Notes under the pieces: generated by a model
Told to the model about the DNA's origin: nothing
Databases searched by the model: none
The model's input: only the letters and a program-made list of their open reading frames with translations
Shown here: one piece after another, positions 58,773 through 64,000 of the stretch
How the letters are laid out: each line of letters begins with the position of its first letter
Numbering within the stretch: the first letter of the stretch is position 1
IMG/VR virus record: IMGVR_UViG_3300029288_007060
Coordinates: 1-64,000 of that record
Length of the DNA stretch: 64,000 bases
DNA from: a virus
Lineage: Duplodnaviria; Caudoviricetes
Reading direction: 5' to 3' (one strand)
Position numbers and translations under genes: made by a program

Positions 58773-59905
58773 ACTGGTTTGTACTTCCTTATTACATTAC
58801 CATCACCATCTTTAACTACTTTACGATTAATAGTATCAAATAGCTTCTTATTGGTAAACTTATCTAGGTTGTTAAAGAACTCTGTTTCAGTTATGTTGAG
58901 ATACCTTAAAAAGTCTGGTATATACTTCCATGGTATCTTGCCTTCACTAGTTTTCTCATACTCAATTAGTGCCTGCTGCCTAGTTATTTTTCCGGCCCGT
59001 ATTTCTATACACAGCTGGTCTGTTGCTCTTCCATACCCATACTTAAGGAACTTCATGTAGTCGTGAAGTCCCCCGACCCACTTACAGTCTAGATTCTCTA
59101 CGTCATTATAGGCGCCCTCTACTGGGCCGCCTGGATTTTTACTCCATCCTAACCTTGATACCATATTGGCGTTTTCTACTGAGTCCCATTTAACATAATG
59201 TCCAAGAAACAGGCCTGACACTCCAACTTCCCTTATTTCAGTATCATCTGGATAGTGAAAAGTCTTTATGTCGTTCAAGTTTATACCATCGTTCTTTAGG
59301 TCAGATATCCTATATCCCAACATTTGAAACTGCTCTAGCCAGTTCTTATCTAGATAGTTGTTGTCCTTTTTAGAAGCAGGACCGCCGTATTCGAACTGCG
59401 AGTTTTCTCCCCACACCAACAATGGTATTTTATACTGTACTGCCACTCTAACCGGGGCAGTAAAGATGCCAATGTGCTCTGGCCAGCAACAATCGCCTAG
59501 CTTAAAGAATCCTATGCGCACCATCTCCTTGTAGTTCTTTATATTGGCCGCTACATGGATAATATCAAATCCCAGCTCGCGCATAAATACTAGATTCTTC
59601 CACCCCGTATCAGTTAACTCACAAGGAACGTGGTTAACTACTAAAGGATTCATCTTAAACCTATCACGCATAGTAAGTGCCTGAAAACAACTATCTTTTC
59701 CACCACTACCAGGTATAATACAGTCATACTTTGAGCCATCACCGCGATATTTGGCCAGTATAGACTCAAACTCTGCATTTCTTTGTTCCCAGTCTATTTC
59801 ATGTTTCTTGACGGCCGAAACACATGCATCGCACATGCCATTCGCATCAAATACCTGCTCCGGCCGTGTATTAGGCATTATACAACACTTACAATAGTGC
59901 ATCAT
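58769..59905 (-). CDS. N-acetyl sugar amidotransferase (WbuX/PseA-like)
   Basis: CxxC.MP.TRP, SGGKDS PP-loop, WGEN, KYGYGRA. Confidence 0.9.
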   Translation of the reverse strand: MMHYCKCCIMPNTRPEQVFDANGMCDACVSAVKKHEIDWEQRNAEFESILAKYRGDGSKYDCIIPGSGGKDSCFQALTMRDRFKMNPLVVNHVPCELTDTGWKNLVFMRELGFDIIHVAANIKNYKEMVRIGFFKLGDCCWPEHIGIFTAPVRVAVQYKIPLLVWGENSQFEYGGPASKKDNNYLDKNWLEQFQMLGYRISDLKNDGINLNDIKTFHYPDDTEIREVGVSGLFLGHYVKWDSVENANMVSRLGWSKNPGGPVEGAYNDVENLDCKWVGGLHDYMKFLKYGYGRATDQLCIEIRAGKITRQQALIEYEKTSEGKIPWKYIPDFLRYLNITETEFFNNLDKFTNKKLFDTINRKVVKDGDGNVIRKYKPV

Positions 59906-60840
59906 TTTCTCTTTAACAATACCTGAAGCTTATATCCCAATTTGCTCTCCAGTATTTCATCTTTGTTGATTCCTAGAACTAACTTATCGTTTGTAAAGCT
60001 ACCTGTGTATGGGTCTTCGTAATTTAGATAATTGTTTATTACTGGTATTTCTGCAATAACAGTGGACAGATGCTTGATTTCCATTCCAACTAATTCGGCC
60101 AATGCTCCGATAGCCTTCTCGCCATACAAGTTAACGTGCTCAAGCCCATCAAACATATTGCACTTGCATTGCATTATTCTGGACGCTAAACTATATACGT
60201 TCGGTGTCTGTATGAAAACCACTCCACCTTCATTAAGCCTATTTAATAAGGATTTGATGAATGTCTTACCATCTTTGATATGTTCTAACACATCCCACAT
60301 AGTAATTGCATCAAAGCAACCATGCAATTCGTTTACATCATTAACCACATTAAAACACGCCGCTCGTGCTTGTTCTGCCTCTGTTTCGTTAAGCTCTATG
60401 CCAACCACATCATGCCCACGTTTGCTTGCGCACTTTAAAAACTGGCCAGAAGAGCAACCAATATCTAATACCCTTAACCCGACAGTATGTTTCTCTATTA
60501 TGTCAAGACCAGAATTATATAGGGTATCATAAAACACACTATCCTCTTCTACCACAACTGATTGCAGATTGTGATTAGACTCATAATACGCCTTTAACTC
60601 ATCATCTTTAAAAACTGGGTTAGTAAAAATAAGACTGCAACCAGGACACTTTACGTAATATCCGCCAGACTTGTATAATAAAAAATCTGCATCACTGCTA
60701 CCACAAATAGGACAGTTGCGTGATTCTGTAAACTTAGCATCAAATACCTGCTTTCCAACATCCATATACCTGATGTGATTAGCCATAGAGGCGCGCCACA
60801 TCTTGATTCGGTTTAGATGCGTTTCCTTAATTTTATTCAT
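59902..60840 (-). CDS. SAM methyltransferase with N-terminal Zn ribbon
   Basis: CPIC..CPGC, LDIGCSSG, WDVLEH, TPN. Confidence 0.87.
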   Translation of the reverse strand: MNKIKETHLNRIKMWRASMANHIRYMDVGKQVFDAKFTESRNCPICGSSDADFLLYKSGGYYVKCPGCSLIFTNPVFKDDELKAYYESNHNLQSVVVEEDSVFYDTLYNSGLDIIEKHTVGLRVLDIGCSSGQFLKCASKRGHDVVGIELNETEAEQARAACFNVVNDVNELHGCFDAITMWDVLEHIKDGKTFIKSLLNRLNEGGVVFIQTPNVYSLASRIMQCKCNMFDGLEHVNLYGEKAIGALAELVGMEIKHLSTVIAEIPVINNYLNYEDPYTGSFTNDKLVLGINKDEILESKLGYKLQVLLKRK

Positions 60841-60938
60841 CGCTTAAACACCTATAATAGCCTTGTGCCATTCAAATATTTTTCTATATTGTCTTTAATA
60901 ATTTCTTTTGACATTGTCATTAAGCTTTCATCTTTTTT

Positions 60939-61138
60939 TCAAAAATACCTAATTGCCCAATTAACACCTATAATAGTATCAAACTTATCTCTCAGTTTTT
61001 ATTTATGTTTTATTAAATCTCCGGCAGAATATCCATTTCCAATAATTAATATTTTGGAATCTGGGAATTTATTTTTAACGTCTTGCGGTGTTTTGTGTTT
61101 TAAATTATAATAATCGTCTGATGCTCTTAATATAACAT
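60939..61138 (-). pseudogene. decayed 5' fragment of a DUF115/Maf-like paralog
   Basis: Translates KFPDSKILIIGNGYS..K*KLRDKFDTIIGVNWA, matching KFPGSKVLIIGSGPS..KQLIRKYFDAIIACNYA of 53264-54055; TAA 60999-61001, start out of frame. Confidence 0.8.
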
Positions 61139-62404
61139 TTATCTCCTATTGAATATTTGTATGGCGTGCTGGCCCTCGAAATACCTGTCAATATTGTGCT
61201 CTCCCACTGCATGAGCCAATACTTCTAGACTTTCGTTAGTTGCATTTATTATCTTGTCTATATGTTTTGCTTTAGTCGCCCACGTTATATAAAATTGTGA
61301 GCCTACTAATATTTTTCGTTTCAACATCTCCTGAAAAAACAAATCTTTAAGTTCTGTTCCGCCATCATAAAACCTAATATTCATTCTTGGAGCCATGCCT
61401 ATCATGGCTGCGCAGATCCCGAGATTTTTACATTTTGCATTAAAATTATCCTTCACTCTGTTTCCCTGATACCACACATGCTTGTAAATCTCGTCTTTGT
61501 TTCTTTTTAATTCTTTCAGTGTAGCTATTCCGGCAGCAAGACTAAGAGTTTCTCCACTAAATGTTGAGGAAAAAAATATATTCTCGAATTCTAACATTAG
61601 GTTCTTTTTACCCGCAATAAAGGCTAATGGCATACCTGTTCCTATTGCTTTTCCCATGGTCGTGATATCTGGAGTTACCTGAAAGTATTCTTGCGCTCCT
61701 CCGAGAGACCATCTAAAGCATGTAATCATTTCGTCAAATATAAGTATTGTGTTATATTTCGTACACAATTCTCTTACCTTTTTCAAATACCCTGCTTTAG
61801 GCTCTTCCAACGACACAGGCTCCATGATAACTGCTGCATACTTATTCGTCTTTAATTTATTTTCAATATCTTCAATGTTATTATATTCAAAAGTATCTAT
61901 AAATTCCTTCAGTACGGCAGGGACACCAAAATATCTTTCGGCCACTGAACAAAAATTATCTCCCCAGCCATGATACCCACCCTTTGCCATTAAGATGTTA
62001 TCCTTGCCCGAATAGGACCTTGCCACACGAATTGCTGCGGTAGTAGCATCTGATCCATTTTTACAAAATCTAACCATTTCAGCACATGGAACGGTGTCAC
62101 ATATCATCTGGGCCAATTCCAGCTCAAGAGTTGATGGTAAACTAAAATTAATTCCTTTCTTTAGCTGTTTTTTAATAGCCTTGTTTACTATATTTTGAGA
62201 CACGAAATTTGGTCCTAATGCGGCCACGGTATCGATAAACTTTTCTCCGTCCACAGAAGTAACAATGCACCCATCTTGTGATTCTGCAAAAATAGGAAAA
62301 TAATCTCCCATGGGCCACATTAGATAGCATTTACTCATTGTTTGGGTGGCACGAGGTATTTTTTCTAGTGCTAATTTTAAGATATCCATTGCTTTTTTGT
62401 TCAT
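61139..62404 (-). CDS. class III PLP aminotransferase (GSA-aminomutase-like, glycan-cluster type)
   Basis: KNGSDAT, YHGW, IFDEMIT, GKAIG, SSTF.GE. Confidence 0.9.
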   Translation of the reverse strand: MNKKAMDILKLALEKIPRATQTMSKCYLMWPMGDYFPIFAESQDGCIVTSVDGEKFIDTVAALGPNFVSQNIVNKAIKKQLKKGINFSLPSTLELELAQMICDTVPCAEMVRFCKNGSDATTAAIRVARSYSGKDNILMAKGGYHGWGDNFCSVAERYFGVPAVLKEFIDTFEYNNIEDIENKLKTNKYAAVIMEPVSLEEPKAGYLKKVRELCTKYNTILIFDEMITCFRWSLGGAQEYFQVTPDITTMGKAIGTGMPLAFIAGKKNLMLEFENIFFSSTFSGETLSLAAGIATLKELKRNKDEIYKHVWYQGNRVKDNFNAKCKNLGICAAMIGMAPRMNIRFYDGGTELKDLFFQEMLKRKILVGSQFYITWATKAKHIDKIINATNESLEVLAHAVGEHNIDRYFEGQHAIQIFNRR

Positions 62405-62415
62405 ATAACAATCCC

Positions 62416-62868
62416 TTACCATCTGGTCAATTTTTTTATAATCGAATTAACCACGCTGTCAATCAATTCGCTTGAGCTTTGTATTTTGTCTCCGCCCAGA
62501 CCCCATATCATTTCGGTTCCGAGCTCCTCACATGTGGCAACCTCTGGCGTATTGCTAATCGTTCGATCTCCGCCGTTTCCAAAAAAATCTGGCTTAAGTG
62601 TCCGGAGCGCACAACAAACAGTTCCTCCATTTAAATCGTCGGCAGGAATTACATCTTCTACATATTTGAGGGCTTTTAAAATTTCAGCCCTGTCTTCCCA
62701 ATCCATAAGATGATAGCCTTTTTTGCGTTCTAGCCACAAATCAGAATTTAGAATAATGATAACTTTGCCATAAACCGCCGCATCTTTAATCATATCTAGA
62801 TGTCCGCGGTGCAGCGGATCAAAGCCACCGGATAACGCTATTATTTTTCGTTCATTAGCTTCTGTCAT
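62416..62868 (-). CDS. HxGH cytidylyl/adenylyltransferase (TagD/RfaE-like)
   Basis: GGFDPLHRGH, NSD..L..KKG, NGGDR, SSS. Confidence 0.88.
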   Translation of the reverse strand: MTEANERKIIALSGGFDPLHRGHLDMIKDAAVYGKVIIILNSDLWLERKKGYHLMDWEDRAEILKALKYVEDVIPADDLNGGTVCCALRTLKPDFFGNGGDRTISNTPEVATCEELGTEMIWGLGGDKIQSSSELIDSVVNSIIKKLTRW

Positions 62869-63605
62869 TTTATTTCCTCGTATGTTAATTCCAAAGATTT
62901 ATTTAAATCCTGGCAAATATCATAATTTTTTGTCAGTTTCAGTAATAATTTATAGTCTTCTTCTGTATCCATTGTAAATTTTGGTATAGACGTGCTCACT
63001 AAATTTTTTCTGTATTCATTTCTAAATTCCAGTCCACCAAATCGCAAAGTCGGTTTATAAAAGGATGGCGCACAATGCTCAAGATTATACTTATCGTGAA
63101 TATTTAATTTGGCCCAACACAACATTCTGTAATTAAATATTTCTACATCTACGCCGTGCGGATATGGGTTGGCTTTGCATATCGCATCATTGTTTCCCAA
63201 AAACCCCTTCTTGTCATTTAGCAAATAATATTCTATCATCTCATCTATTCCATCAGAAAATCCTTCATACATGGGGTTGTCACACGTAAGTCTCACTATT
63301 ACTTCTGCGTGGTATAGACGAGCCGCACGATAAAATCTATCTACTAGGTCGTTTTGTTCTCCTGGGCCAATAAAAAGAGAAAATCTATCATCGATAAAAT
63401 TGTCCATCTCCCCTTTCGCAATTCTGCTTTCAATTTCAATTTTGTCTTCTGCAGGCATCGCTAAAATAATTTTGTTCGGATATATTGTTTTTTTGCATCC
63501 ACTCAAAATTCTCTGAATACTATATTTGCCATTCAAATCGGCATAAATTTTTCTTGGAAATCTTGTTGATTGGCTTCTGGCTTGTAATATTATTACTATT
63601 GACAT
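62865..63605 (-). CDS. SpsF/PseF-like acylneuraminate cytidylyltransferase
   Basis: QARxxSTRFPxK, VRLTCDNP, P.G.DVE, EH, TMDTEED. Confidence 0.88.
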   Translation of the reverse strand: MSIVIILQARSQSTRFPRKIYADLNGKYSIQRILSGCKKTIYPNKIILAMPAEDKIEIESRIAKGEMDNFIDDRFSLFIGPGEQNDLVDRFYRAARLYHAEVIVRLTCDNPMYEGFSDGIDEMIEYYLLNDKKGFLGNNDAICKANPYPHGVDVEIFNYRMLCWAKLNIHDKYNLEHCAPSFYKPTLRFGGLEFRNEYRKNLVSTSIPKFTMDTEEDYKLLLKLTKNYDICQDLNKSLELTYEEIK

Positions 63606-63618
63606 ATTGTTCCTGTAC

Positions 63619-64000
63619 TTATTTATCAAAACATTTTAGCTCTTCTGGCGTAAATTGTTCGACCTTATTGGACGAATAATCAAATGCTTTAATTTTGCTT
63701 TCTTCTGGATAATTAAAATCCCAGCCACAGTCTATATCTGACACCCCGGGAGGAACTATTTTATAATATTGCCCACAATCGACAATATATTCCATTTCTG
63801 TTTCAGATATTAGTCGTTCATGCAGCTTCTCAAATCCCCTTATTCCTATAAATTCTACTGGAATATTTGGATAGAAAGTCTCTGCGAATGACACTATTGT
63901 TGCGGCCTTCAGCTTTGGAATAAATATCTCTCCTCCGATGGCATTATTAAGAGCATACAGATTTAAACTAACCGCCTCATCAATTGACATAAAAAATCGA
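63619..64000 (-). CDS. C-terminus of PseB/FlaA1-like UDP-GlcNAc 4,6-dehydratase (partial)
   Basis: RFF, GGEIFIPK, GIRGFEKLHE, FDYSSN; frame open to window end. Confidence 0.82.
   Translation of the reverse strand, partial: RFFMSIDEAVSLNLYALNNAIGGEIFIPKLKAATIVSFAETFYPNIPVEFIGIRGFEKLHERLISETEMEYIVDCGQYYKIVPPGVSDIDCGWDFNYPEESKIKAFDYSSNKVEQFTPEELKCFDK

Noticed and set aside
61139-62404. hemL (tetrapyrrole synthesis)
   Set aside because: Context next to SpsF-type cytidylyltransferase indicates the glycan-cluster subfamily
674-63679. Plus-strand ORFs in the track
   Set aside because: Nearly all are antisense shadows of well-supported minus-strand genes, with no recognisable motifs
1-64000. tRNA, rRNA, structural virion genes
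   Set aside because: None recognised by eye; phage assignment rests on gene content and organisation, not on capsid genes

Overview
The window looks like part of a large (jumbo-type) dsDNA bacteriophage genome. Essentially all real genes lie on the minus strand. There are three blocks. (1) Bases 1 to ~5,000 are visibly more GC-rich. They hold a sigma54-type promoter driving a string of small hypothetical genes, punctuated by SEVEN twister self-cleaving ribozymes with covarying stems and pseudoknots, plus at least two other unexplained structured RNAs. This apparent ribozyme-diced operon is the most striking system in the window. (2) Bases ~5,000-37,300 are AT-rich and carry nucleotide metabolism, replication and regulation genes: PurA, IMPDH/GMPR, ThyX, class II RNR, RNase HII, PhoH, GroES, GH19 lysin, sigma70 factor, PrkA-YeaH-SpoVR, DnaB, DnaC-like loader, SF2 helicase and tubulin/FtsZ. 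(3) Bases ~37,300-64,000 form a ~27 kb glycan island: dTDP-sugar, GDP-mannose and nonulosonic-acid (pseudaminic/legionaminic-type, with amidino module) pathways and many glycosyltransferases. It includes an intein in Gmd, an amber-interrupted epimerase and a pseudogene. All calls come from motif recognition by eye; no searches or folding programs were run.
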